Positions 38,381 through 50,335 of a stretch of DNA of 64,000 nucleotides are shown piece by piece (position 1 is the stretch's first letter; each line of letters begins with the position of its first letter). Origin of the DNA: Camelus ferus. Its lineage: Eukaryota. The notes beneath the pieces were generated by a model, which saw nothing but the letters and a program-made list of their open reading frames with translations, was not told where the DNA came from and made no database searches. The stretch spans positions 58,964,001-59,028,000 of the forward strand of contig NC_045696.1 of the NCBI RefSeq assembly GCF_009834535.1, written 5' to 3'. A program made the translations under genes and the position numbers.

Positions 38381-39628
38381 TTATAGGCAACTTCAAAGTA
38401 GATGTTAAGGATTGCTTAAAATAGTGGTTCTTCACTCAACCAGAACAAATGTCCACTTTTTATAATGGGTATTTAGCAATTCCCTCTGTGCCATGCTGAA
38501 TCAAAATTCACTTCTAACTATCCATATATATATATAATTTCAAAAAGAAAATCAATGTAAAGCTCTAACTAAAACATAAAGGAGAAATAAAAGGAAATTA
38601 TAATAATATTTATTTCAGTATGTAGATGTTCATGCATGACTATTTTAATTTGTAAATTTTCAGGCACACTAGATGATATAATGAAATAGATGCTCACACT
38701 AACTCATAGGCATGTTTGGATTTAAAAGTGAATGATTACGAAACACTCTGTACAAGTAAGTCATGGAAAATGAAGGAGCACAGGTATATGGGTGGACACT
38801 AGAATAAAAAGCAGCATTAGCAATGTTATATGTCAATTATATCTCAATAAAGAGAGAAAAAAAGAAACAAGAAGGAAAAATTAATATAGTGAAAAGAAAA
38901 AGTAGTGTTAGGATAAATGTCAGAGCAGACATATTTCAAAAAAGAATGAAACAATCTTAAGAGATTGTAACATAGCAAGACAAGTTATAGACCACTGAAC
39001 TAGAGGAAAGGAAAAAAAATGACTAAGTGTGGTAACAAAACAATTTTCTGCCTTGGGATGGGATCCTTGAGACTGCATCTGTGCTAAAACACTGATTCAG
39101 TCCCTATTATGCATAAGGCATCAGCTAGAGCTTCAGGAGGTAGAGTGATGTGTGTAATAAAAGCTAGAATAAACCTTGAGGCTTAAGAGAAAGGCAGATG
39201 GCTTCAAAGATGAGGGAGGGGACATCCCATAGCAAGGCCTGTTGAAGATCTTGAATTTCAATTTAAAGGTGGATCACTGGAATATTAGAAGGGAGGGAGC
39301 GATAAAATCCCATCTGAATTCATTAGAAGATATTTTTAAGAGTAATGTGGAGACTAGAGTTGGGTATGGGTAGAATCAAGGAGACCCACTGGGAATTTGC
39401 ACAAGAGGAAAATGATGATGGACCAGGATGGCAGTGGAGACAGATGATAACTGGCACAGCAGGATCTGGTGACTAACTGGGGAAGGGGAGGGGAGGGGAC
39501 ACTGGAGAATAACGAGGTTGCCAGGATGCCCTCCTTCCCAAGGAGATGGGGGTTGTCACCTGTCAAGGTTTCAGATGTGTCTTCTCAGGGACCACTAAAG
39601 TCATAACGTTAAAAGTTAATGGGCCTCT

Positions 39629-39883
39629 TAGGGTTACCAGGGGAAGAGAGGTGGGAAGGGACAAATTGGGAGTTCAAGTTGTAAATACTAACTACTACAA
39701 ATAAAATAGATTAAAAAACAAATTTCTCCTGTTTAGAACAGGGAACTATATTCAATATCTTGTAGTAACCTATAATGAAAAAGAATATGAAAACGAATAT
39801 ATGTATGTGTATGCATGACTGAAACATCATGCTGTACACCAGAAATTGACACACTGTAACTGACTATACTTCAATTAAAAAAA
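39629..39883 (+). mobile_element. Short L1 3'UTR insertion with perfect 18-bp TSD
   Basis: TSD aaaagttaatgggcctct at 39611-39628 and 39884-39901; tt/aaaa endonuclease site; ends gactatacttcaatt plus poly-A. Confidence 0.92.
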
Positions 39884-40067
39884 AAAAGTTAATGGGCCTC
39901 TGCCAGGGGCTGCCTGTCACTGTATAAATGGGGGCCTACTGTATTTAAACAGTTCATTCCACAGTCCCTGCTCAGGCAGGGGGCTTTAGAGTTCACTGTT
40001 GCCATCCACTCTCCCTGGAAACTACACATGTACGTGATTCTTATGCTATGACACTCGATCACAAGGA

Positions 40068-40390
40068 CAGTTGACCTTTGAAGAACATGGGGGTTAGGAG
40101 TGCTGACCCTACACAGTGGAAAAATCCTTGTATTGCTCTCTCTGCCCCCAAAATGAAGGACTTGATATATGACTCACCCTAAGGTCCGTAATCTGAAACC
40201 ACTGAAAAGAATCAGGACTCAAACCCTAATTCTCTTGATTCCTCATATTGTGATCTCTGCACAGACTTTCCCCACACTTAGTTAACTTAAAGATCTGTAA
40301 AATGAAAATACAAGTACTATATTTATCGAAAAAAATCCAGGTATAAATGGACCTGTGCAGTTCAAATCTGTGTTGTTCAAGGGTCAATTG
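40068..40390 (-). mobile_element. Tigger2-family MITE (Tigger2a-like)
   Basis: TIRs cagttgacctttgaagaac / gttgttcaagggtcaattg|ta. Confidence 0.8.
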
Positions 40391-43300
40391 TACATCCTTC
40401 CGTAGAGGTTTAAGGACGTCATCCCAGAGCACCAAGTAGGTAATTCAGGAGTTCTATTTGGGGCTCCAGGAAATTGACGCACTGAAGAACCAATTCTTCC
40501 TCCGGGGTTGAAATAAAATCCCACCACTTAGAAGACAAAATACTTCCTGGTCATTCATGAAGAAAGTAGTCATATATCTTATCCAGTGAGTTCAAAGGAG
40601 TAGTGACATGAAGTTTTATCTTGGAGGGGTGATAGTTTAATAAATTGTGGCCAGTGATCTCTCAACTGTCTTAAGTATGCTTAAGAGAAATTTAGATACT
40701 CTGCAGAGAGAAAAATAGCTGTTTCCTTTAGAGGCTTCTTTTGGAGGCCAAGACTCCCAGGCATCTCAGCTCACTTCTTTTGGGTCACTTTCCATTGTGA
40801 TTCTCCCCTCAAACACCAAGCCAATTAGCGGGTATCCCCCTTAGTATTTAAGTCATAAAGACTGATTTTGTATCAAGTTATCAGAAGGGAAACAAAGAGA
40901 AATTTACCTCTGATTTGAGCTGCTCCCCACTCTGGGTCTGATGGAGTGGGAGTCACTCACTGCAGCTGCGACACAGGTGTCTGATCAGAAGCCACATGGT
41001 GGGCAAGTGCAGTGTATGGGAAAGTAATTTTAAACATTGTTCTGGAAAAATTCTTTGAATTAATAAGCAACCCATTTTTGTTGGGGGATCACACAAAATG
41101 ATAGTGTATCAAAGACTAATGGAACATGTGAAAAATCTATGATCAGAATATTTGTTATAAACTCACACTTTCAGAAAAATAAAGGTAGAGTCAAAAAGAT
41201 TCATGAAGCAAAAGCAAGCACATAGTAGGTCTGTCCCTCTAGCTGTGGCTAAGAGGAGCAGTTCATTTGGAGAGCCACATGCAGTATGAAAGTGGAAAGG
41301 CAATGATTAAGGGCAGAATCGTCCGTTCACACTCGGAATAGACATGACTCTAAAAACTGCCTGGCCTCATGCTCCAGACCTCCCATAGTCTTCTCCAAAT
41401 CAATCCTTTAGTTTTATCTTCCACTACTCTCTACTCCTACCTGTCTACTCACCTCACCTTCCCCCCGCCCAGTACCTAATTCTACTTTTCCCTGTCCCCA
41501 TCATCAGAATCACAACCTGCCATCCAAATCTGAACTAGCCAAGTCCCTCCTCTTCCAAGCGGACATCCCAGACCAGTTCAGCCTCCAGAGTCTCGTCCTC
41601 CACCGAGCTAACGGAGCCCATGTGGCAATCATTTGGCAAATAAACCTGTGCTGCCCAGTGACTGGAGCTGTGCTTTTACTTAGCTTTTAATGTGTCTGTT
41701 TTATCTGACCAGCCAGGTTCTTGCAGAAAGGATCTGACAAAGTATTTTGTCTCCCACATAGCACCACACAGTCATCACTTCCCATACACGTCCTGATGAT
41801 GATGCTTAATTGCAACATAACAATGAAACATGAGGTCAAGAAAGTCAGTCTCTTAAGAGTGATAACCAAGTCTTGTTGCTCTTTGATCCCAGCACAAAGT
41901 TAGCCCATGCGATAAAGTCTGATGAATGAAGAAGAGGCTAGAACTATAAGCAACTGGGAAAGGGCTGGAGGCAGAGCTGGGAGAAGGGGGTGGAGGAGTA
42001 AGAAATAGGAAGAAAAGTCGGCAGCATCAAGGGTAAAGGCTGGGCCAGCAAGGGGTACTGGTGTATATTTTGGAGAGAAAAAGAGACAGAGGAAAAGTGG
42101 AAGGTGAAAGCAAAAGAGGGAAGGGAGAAGGAGAATTGGAAGTCATTCTTCAAGAACAGAATGAGACCAAGTCATTGTCATCTAACACCTCCATATAGCA
42201 AATACATGAGGCTTCTGCCAAGGCAGTCTTGACATGCAGCTGTTTCACAGCAAAGAGACTAGTGGGGCAAAAGAATAATTTTTGTCTCTACCACGTTTAT
42301 ATTGTTCACTTTGATGAGACAGAAAAGGACAAAAACTCAGAGCATTCTAAGATTCTGACTAGACAAGAAAAAAAAGTAGGGCATATGCCCCTAAAAAGAA
42401 AAAAGGAGTCACCAGGGGGCGTAACCGACTGAAAGAGTTTATAAAGAATACAAATGTGGAATATAATTATGCGTCTTTAAGAAGGTAGAAAATTTAGATA
42501 CAGGAAAAGAGTACAAAAGGAATAAGAGAACAACAAAAGGAAAAAATCATGACAGACGATCCTGAGGAATACTTTAAAACTCCACCAATATAAACAGGCA
42601 TGGGCTCAAAATACGAAATGTCATCAATCCAGTCCAAGGTGAAAATAACAGGGATCTGAGAAATCTATCCCTGACAAAGTGTAGTAGCAAAAAAGATGGC
42701 AGAGAAGCATTTCCTACAAATTCAAAACCACCAGAGAAAGCTGGTTTCAGTGGCACCAGGACAGCTAAGCTAGTGGTCACTAGGGCGCCTCTTCTCCCTG
42801 AAATCCCACGACATGGGATCACTCTCCCTTCTGCTGTCCCTCCCATTCTAGGTGGCCTGCCACCTGGCTCTCTCTCACACATGGTCAGGGAGCACTTAAT
42901 TCTACTACAAAAGTTGTATTAGTTTCCTATTTATAGCCTCTCTTCTGGAGTAGAAAGAAAGCTCCAAGAAGGCAGGATCCCTGTCTGAACTGCTCTGCTC
43001 TACCTCCAGCTTCTGACGCAGAGAGGGGGACGGAGCTACGGATGGTTCCCTCTTTGCTCCTGGGAGACATTTCAGGATGAGGGGACACGTCTTTGCTCTT
43101 CAACAGAAACGAAAGTGGTGGCCTCGGAACCTGTCACCTCCAGGGGAGGCAGTTGGGGAAAGAATCCCACAGGATGGAGGTGAAGGAGGCAGAATTTGCA
43201 TGAAGGAGAGAGTACGTAATAGAAGAAGGAGTGACGGCCAAGGCTGGATCCAGACAGGAGGTGGGGGAACTAGCTCTTTGTCCCTCCTATTTATTTACTT

Positions 43301-43589
43301 CAAAGAAAACTTCCCAAGAGGAGGGAGCCCCTGGCTAAATCTATTCCCCAGAGAATACATATTCATTATTTTTAAAGTTCACTTATTTATTACTTTTTAA
43401 TTGTTGCATTTTTATGCAGAGTGGTTAATGACTTGGAATTTATTTTTCAGAGATGAAAATGAACTTTAAGCACTTCCTCTGAAACTATTGCTCTTGCTAC
43501 TCCTCTTCTCCTAGAACAACCCTTTATTTCTCAACACCACTTTTAAAGCTCTACTCACCGCCTGGTGCACCAGACATGTTGATCGTGGC

Positions 43590-43701
43590 TAGGGTACCCA
43601 TGTAATCTATTATCCAAAGTGGGACTCTTTTGAAAGTCAAAGGAGGCTCTATTTATAATTACATTGGCAGAGCAGGCACATGGGGATAAATGGTCACCCT
43701 A
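43590..43701 (+). mobile_element. MER94-like hAT-Blackjack MITE
   Basis: TIRs tagggtacccat ... atggtcacccta. Confidence 0.7.
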
Positions 43702-43869
43702 ATGACACCTGCTGTGACCACGGGCCTGCAAAAGGACAACCACCTGGCAGCCACGTCTTATGCTCATTACCTCACCCTGTACCACTGCAGACTGCACCAG
43801 TGGAGGCACTTGTCCTAAGGGTTACCAATCCCAGTCTTGCCAGCAACATGAGTAAGGACTGGATACAGG

Positions 43870-44125
43870 TTAGTTATATTATACCTGACTCAAACGGAAA
43901 CTTCAGCTCTTTCTGGGTTTGGGGTCTTCCAGCGTTTGGACTGAAACCACATCATCAGCTGTCCAGATTCTCAGGGTTTACAACTTGGACTGGACCAACA
44001 CCATCCACTCTCCTGGGTCTCCAGCTTGCTGGCTAAAGATCTTGGGACTTTGTCAGCCCCCACAACCATGAGAGCCAATTTATTGTAATGAATCTCTCTC
44101 TCGCGCGCGCGTGCGACCCTAACAA
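43870..44125 (+). mobile_element. MLT2 (ERVL) LTR 3' part with internal (TC)n(CG)n
   Basis: ctcctgggtctccagcttgc...gatcttgggactt...catgagagccaatt...aatctctctctc. Confidence 0.75.
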
Positions 44126-44142
44126 GCAGGGACAGGCACTAG

Positions 44143-44247
44143 CCCACTGGCTCTCAAAGTACTGGGCCCAGTATGCACCAGTATCAGCACCACTAGGAAG
44201 CATTTAGAAATGAAAATTCTTGAGCCCATCCCAGACCTACTAACTCT
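44143..44247 (+). mobile_element. MER5A-like hAT-Charlie fragment
   Basis: ctctcaaagt...atcagcaccactaggaagcatttagaaatgaaaattcttgagcccatcccagacctact. Confidence 0.7.
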
Positions 44248-45352
44248 AGGATGTTTCTTGGCCCTGGGGACCAAAGGAAGTTAGAGGGGGAAGCTTCCTT
44301 CTCCACTTCCCATGCAAGGATTTCCCTCTGCAAGTAGTTCTCAGGATGTTAATACCAGGTTTGAGTATCACGAGGCTACCATGTATTGGGTGCCTACTAT
44401 TCACCAGTGCTGCACTGATCCTTACACAACCCCAGAGGGCAGCCATTAGCTCCTGTTTAGGGAAAGAGAACTAAGGTTTGGAAAGTTAATTTCCCCATAG
44501 TAAGAAAACAGTGGAGCTAGAATCCAAGACCATGTGACAATACCACGTTCTTAACTTGACCATTAGAAGGGTCAAAAGGCTCCACATAAGAATCATTCTC
44601 TTAATTCCAGAACCGCTGCTCTTTCCAAATAAGAAGCATAAGTAAGAAGCATAGTACAGAGAGCTGGCGAGAAGCAGGGGGGATGCTGGATTCCCTTTTA
44701 AGAGTTTGGGCTAGCCTGGCCCAGTCAACAATTCATCCATGGCAGAAGGGGCCAGAGTGAATCCTTCCTGGCCTATGGTGTATGGGGTGGGCCCAAACCA
44801 CACATCGGCTTAAACTGGCCTTTGACGCAGGAGTAGAATGTACACGGGACCGTTCACACTTAAAGGGGCTGCAGCCTTTAGGTCATTCTCTCCTCAGGTT
44901 AGAAGGCATACAACATCTTCAATGGTCTCCCCAAATTAAAACCAAAGGGGAAGGGGCAGGATCAAGAGCCTCATCCTTCTCTCATTCTGATAGAGTTCTC
45001 CTGCCTTCTTTCCTCTCTCCTGCCCCGAGTACCACGACCTACTAAAACTCTTCCTTCTTAGTTGAGACATCAGATCTAACGTCCTTACTGATGGGAACTA
45101 AAAAACAGTTTTACTATGACTTGGGTTTTATATACTTCTCTTGCACTCCTAACCCACTCTATTCCTCTAAAATGGATCATAGAAAACAAGGGCTAGCCAG
45201 GCTTTAGGGACCACTGAATTCAAACCTTTTACCCTGCAGAAACAGAGATCCAGAGTTTAAAGTCACACATCTGACTGGCAAAAGTTGGGACCAGAAACTT
45301 GGACCTCTGATGCCCCGTTTCCCCAGCTCCAAATAGAAGATCAGACAACGGG

Positions 45353-45719
45353 TGTTACAGACTAAAACTGCGTCTCCACACAAGTTGAAGCTCTAACCCC
45401 CAGTGTGACTGTATTTGGAGACAGGGCCTGTAAGGAGGTGACAAAGGTTCAATGAGGTCATAAGGAGGGGCTCTCATCCAATAGGGCTGGTGCCCTTATA
45501 AGAAGAGGAAGGGGCACCAGAGCGCCTCCTCTCTACCACGTGAGGACACAGCAATAAGGTGGCTGTCTGCAAACCAGGAAGAGAGCCTTCACCAGAAACC
45601 GAACCCTGCTGGACCTTGATCTTGGACTTTCAGGCTCCAGAACTGTAAGAAAATTAATTTCTGTTATATAAGTCATGGTCTGTGCTATCTCGTTATGGCA
45701 GCCTGAGCTGACTAATATA
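45353..45719 (+). mobile_element. MLT1A/B-like MaLR solo LTR
   Basis: tgttacagactaaa...cccttataagaagagg...gcagcctgagctgactaatata; 5-bp flanks acggg/agggg. Confidence 0.85.
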
Positions 45720-47245
45720 AGGGGATGTGTGGGCCTCACCTCAAAGTTCAGGCACTGAGAAGTGCAAGTTGCAGGGGAGACCAGAACCGGCCAAGATGAG
45801 GGCCATTCAGAGACTCTGACCAGGGGCCACCTTCCACGTGGAATGCCCCAGCCCACAGGCACTTGAAGGTCATTAAAAGGAATGAGTCACTCAGTTAAAG
45901 AATTTCGGGAAAGCATCCAAACTATGCACATTCTGTTCTGTGAAACAGCCAGCCTGTCCTTCCACGATGCAGGCAAACAGGAAAAACATTGGCCCAGGTG
46001 CACCTCACCCCATTCTGGAACCTTCCCTGGCACATAATGTCCCCTGAAAACCAGGTTGGGAGATAGTTTTCTGAGAGAGAAGAAAATGAGTCTGACCCTC
46101 TGGTTTATAAGCCCTTAGAAAGGCCTGGAAGGGTGGGGGAAAACCTTGTCACACTTCTGAGGGTCTGACAGGCCCCCATGTTGTTTCAGACATCAAGCCT
46201 TTAAGCAGCAGCCAGTGGCCTGAGATGGAAATATTCTCACCAGTGGGGCAGCTTCAGCATGTGGGAGATACACTGGCAGCTTCCCCCTCTAACTTCCTTT
46301 GATCAAATGTTTTTCCTGGAACTTCTGAAGTTAACAAAGTTAATAGAATTTTTTTAAGTACAAAGGAGGAAAAAAAAAAAAAAAGAAAAAGTAACTACTC
46401 AGTGTTAACACACTGGTATGTTTATCTCCTATATATTTTTCTGAGCTTTACAAAGTTTTTATGATGAGCATGTATTACTTTATAATTAAGATGATAAACA
46501 TTGTTCATTCTCCAAGTAATTCAGTATCTGGCATGAGCCAGGAAGTTTTCTAGATGCTGGAGATAAGCGGTAACCAGGATAACATCCGCCTTCTCTTAGA
46601 GCTTTCAGTTACTGGTCAGGGGTGGAGGAGATCATAAAAAGGGAGACAGTGATTGCCCTAGAAGAAAAAGTTCAGGTGTTGTGAGAGGATGGGAAGTCCT
46701 GGGGATGGGGTGGTCAGAGGAGGTTCTCTAAGGAGGGGAGGTCCCTCCAAGGAGCGGAGACCTGAGGAAAGTGAGGGGAGGAGTCAGGGGCAGGGCTGCG
46801 GGAAGAACTCTTCTTTACTCAGGGAACAGCCTTGTGATGGCCCTGAGGCCTTGCACCAGGACGAGCAGTGGGCCAGCTGGAGTCCAGGGGAGTGAGCAGG
46901 ATGAGGAGCGGTAGGGGATGGGTCTGGAGAGCCAGGCCAGGGCCAGAGCGGGCCAGGCTTTGTAAAGCCGTGATGAGGAGTCCCGTCTCAGTCTGTGTGC
47001 AGGGAAGCCTAGGCAGGGCTGCAGCAGGAAAGTAACGTGGTGTGTAGCATGACAGTATCTCCTGGGAGGCCTCCCTTGTGCCAGGGACCACATTTCTCCC
47101 ATCAGATTAAAAGGCCCTGAGTTTAGGGATGAGTGTTCTTTCTCTTGTGGGTTCCTCTGCCGAGAGAGGGCTGAAGCAGGAGCCGCAGGCCATGGGGAAA
47201 CTGATGGCTCATCTGTCCCCAGAGCTTTCACCTCCTGGTACTCAC

Positions 47246-47453
47246 CTTCCACCGTCAACTCCACTGTCACCTGGCGGGCACCACTACCATTGGTGGCTTC
47301 ACAGGTGTACTTTCCCTTGTCCTCCTCACGGACAGCATGAATCACAAGGCTGAAAGTCCCCCGGGTACCACAGTCCAGCAGGAAGCGGCCCCCACTGGTG
47401 ATGGGTTGTCCGTTTCTGTGCCACGTCACCTGGGGCTCTGGGTAACCCCGGAC
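47246..47453 (-). CDS. MYLK: MYLK exon 5-equivalent (208 nt), C-terminal part of Ig1: VRGYPEPQVTWHRNGQPITSGGRFLLDCGTRGTFSLVIHAVREEDKGKYTCEATNGSGARQVTVELTVE
   Basis: Acceptor ttccttgaag|GTC, donor GAAG|gtgagt; phase 0 to 1; Ig I-set motifs. Confidence 0.97.
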
Positions 47454-47499
47454 CTTCAAGGAAAAGAAGAAAGGGTGAGAGCTTGTATGTACAGAGTAT

Positions 47500-47690
47500 T
47501 CCCCACATGTCAGGTACTGTTCTGGGTGCTATGCATGTGCTAACTCATTTAATCCTCATAACAAGTCTTGAAGCAAATACTACTTTCATCTCCATTTTAG
47601 AGGTAAGGAAATTGGTAGTTTGGGTAGATTTCCCAAGGTCTTGAAGGTAGAAAGTGGTAAAGTCAGGCATCCTGGCTTCAGAGCCTATCA
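47500..47690 (+). mobile_element. MIR SINE
   Basis: ctcatttaatcctcataacaa...ccattttagaggtaaggaaattg core; other MIR-like pieces near 1360-1480, 3640-3830, 21400-21570, 33130-33300, 34840-35060, 55950-56140. Confidence 0.7.
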
Positions 47691-47692
47691 CA

Positions 47693-47980
47693 CAAGTGTC
47701 TCTCAAGCTTGGCTGCATGATTACAATCACCAGGGGGAGCTTTAAAGCAATAATAGTGCCCAGGCCCAACGCTGGACCAACTAAGTCAGAATCCCAGGGG
47801 TGGGGACTGAGCATAGGGACTCTAGCCCAGTGCTTCCACTCTAACATGCAAATGAATCACTTGTTAAAATGCAGGTTCTGCTTCTATAGGGCTGGGGTGG
47901 GCTTGAGAGTTTGCAGTTCAGACAGGCTCTCAGATGATGCTGATATTTCTGGTCCCTAGATCCCACCTCGAGTAGCAAGT
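47693..47980 (+). mobile_element. Two adjacent MER5-family (MER5B, MER5A1-like) MITEs
   Basis: tctcaagcttggctgcat...aatcaccagggggagcttt and cttgttaaaatgcaggttctg...gagtagcaag. Confidence 0.7.
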
Positions 47981-47987
47981 TTCTAGA

Positions 47988-48335
47988 CCTGAGCTGCCCG
48001 GTTTGGCAGCCACTGAGCACTTGAAATGTGGCTGGTCCTAACTGAGTTGCACTGTAAATGTAAATTATACACGGGGTTTTGAAGAATTCAAAAAGATGAA
48101 TTCTTGAAAAAATGTAAACTATCTTGGTAATTTAAAAATACTGGAGGGGGAGATGTCTAGCTCAGTGGTAGAGCATGCACGAGGTCCTGAGTTCAATTAA
48201 ATTTGACATATTGGGTTAAATAAAATATATTGTTAAAACTAATTTCAGTTGTTGTCTTTCTCTTTTTTAATGTGGTTACTAGGAAAGGTACAGCTACATA
48301 CATGCCTTGTTTGGTGTTTCTATCAGGCAGTGCTG
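47988..48335 (-). mobile_element. MER33-like hAT-Charlie MITE carrying a truncated SINE
   Basis: tgagcacttgaaatgtggct...ttgggttaaataaaatatattgttaaaactaatttc. Confidence 0.75.
48143..48198 (+). mobile_element. Internally deleted tRNA-derived SINE head (Vic-1-like)
   Basis: tagctcagtggtagagcatgcacgaggtcctgagttcaat. Confidence 0.75.
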
Positions 48336-48762
48336 CCCTAGACCCCTCTTTTTCACAGAGTTAGCAGCTAACATCTGTTGAGTGCTAAGTGTTAAGCACT
48401 TTTCTAAATATTTAACATATCTAAGCCTCATAGCAACTTGTTTAGAGAGAAGATATTTCCCCAAAGAGGGGAAAATGAAGAGAGAGATTTTCCAAGAAAA
48501 GAAATCACTCTGAGTTTCAGAGAAAGTTCCCTAAGGGCCCTCAAACCCCTGAAACTCAACAGGCCCGTCAGAATGGACTCATCTTCAGAGGGCCCAGGGC
48601 TCAGACTGGCCAATCAATGCACAGCCTGGGACCCAGAATTGGGGGACTTTAGCACAGGAAAAGCACAGAAGACATCACAGAAACCTCCCAAGAAAGAAGC
48701 TGCTTGCATTATATATAGGTAGGAGCAGCAGCTTTTACTCACTCCCAAGATAAGAGAGCATG

Positions 48763-50335
48763 ACCATCAAAGACCTAGAATTGCCAAAGCATTACTGAAG
48801 AGAAAGAAAGAGGCTGGAGGAATAACTCTTCCAGATTTCAGACAATACTATAGAGCTACAGTCATCAAGACAGCATGGTATTGGTACAAAAACAGACATA
48901 TAGACCAATGGAACAGAATAGAGAGCCCAGAAATGAACCCACAAACTTTTGGTCAACTAATCTTCGACAAAGGAGGCAACAATATACAATGGAATAAAGA
49001 CAGTCTCTTCAGCAAATGGTGTTAGGAAAACTGGACAGCAGCATGTAAAACAATGAAGCTAGAACACTCCCCTACTCCATACACAAAAATAAACCCAAAA
49101 TGGATGAAAGACTTAAACATGAGACAAGATACAATAAACCTCCTAGAGGAAAACATAGGCAAAACATTATCTGACATACATCTCAAAAATTTTCTCCTAG
49201 TAGAAATAAAAGCAAGAATAAACAAATGGGACCTAATGAAACTTACAAGCTTCTGCACAGCAAAGGAAACCATAAGTAAAACAAAAAGACAACCTACGGA
49301 ATGGGAGAAAATCTTTGCAAATGAAACCGACAAAGGCTTGATCTCCAGAATATATAAGCAGCTCATATGACTTAATAAGAAACAACAAACAACCCAATCC
49401 AAAGACGGGAAAAAGACCTGAACAAGCAATTCTCCAAGGGAGACATACAAATGATCAATAAGCACATGAAAAAATGCTCAGTATCACTAATTATCAGAGA
49501 AATGCAAATCAAAACTACAATGAGGTATCACCTCACACCAGTCAGAATGGCCATCATTCAAACATCCACAAATGACAAACACTGGAGAGGCTGTGGAGAA
49601 AGGGGAACCCTCCTTCACTGCTGGTGGAAATGCAGTTTGGTGCAGCCACTATGGAAAACAGTGTGGAGATTCCTCAAAAGACTAGGAATAGACTTACCAT
49701 ATGACCCAGGAATCCCACTCCTGGGCTTATATCCAGAAGGAACCCTACTTCAGGATGACACCTGCACCCCAATGGTCATAGCAGCACTATTTACAATAGC
49801 CAAGACATGGAAACAGCCTAAATGTCCATCAACGGATGACTGGATAAAGAAGAAGTGTATATATTTATACAATGGAATACTACTCAGCCATAAAAACTGA
49901 CAACATAACGCCATTTGCAGCAACATGGATGCTCCTGGAGAATGTCATTCTAAGGGAAATAAGCCAGAAAGAGAAATAAAAATACCATATGAGATCACTC
50001 ATATGTGGAATCTAAAAAACAAAAACAAAAACAAAAAAAGCATAAACACAAAACAGAAATAGACTCATAGACATAGAATACAAACTTGTGGTTGCCAAGG
50101 GGGCGGAGGGTGGGAAGGGATAGACAGGATTTCAAAATTGTAGAATAGATAAACAAGATTATACTGTATAGCACAGGGAAATATATACAAGATCTTATGG
50201 TAGCTCACAGAGAAAAAAATGTGACAATGAATATATATATGTTCATGTATTACTGAAAAATTGTGCTCTACACTGGAATTTGACACAACATTGTAAAATG
50301 ATTATAAATCAATAAAAAATGTTAAAAAAAAAAAA
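48763..50335 (+). mobile_element. Young 5'-truncated L1 with perfect 16-bp TSD; same family as the copy at 22.8 kb
   Basis: TSD aagataagagagcatg at 48747-48762 and 50336-50351; ORF2 C-terminal ORFs 49053..49370 and 49451..49900; poly-A. Confidence 0.97.

Noticed and set aside
44102..44115. (CG)n run as a CpG island
   Set aside because: 14-bp microsatellite derivative inside an MLT2 LTR
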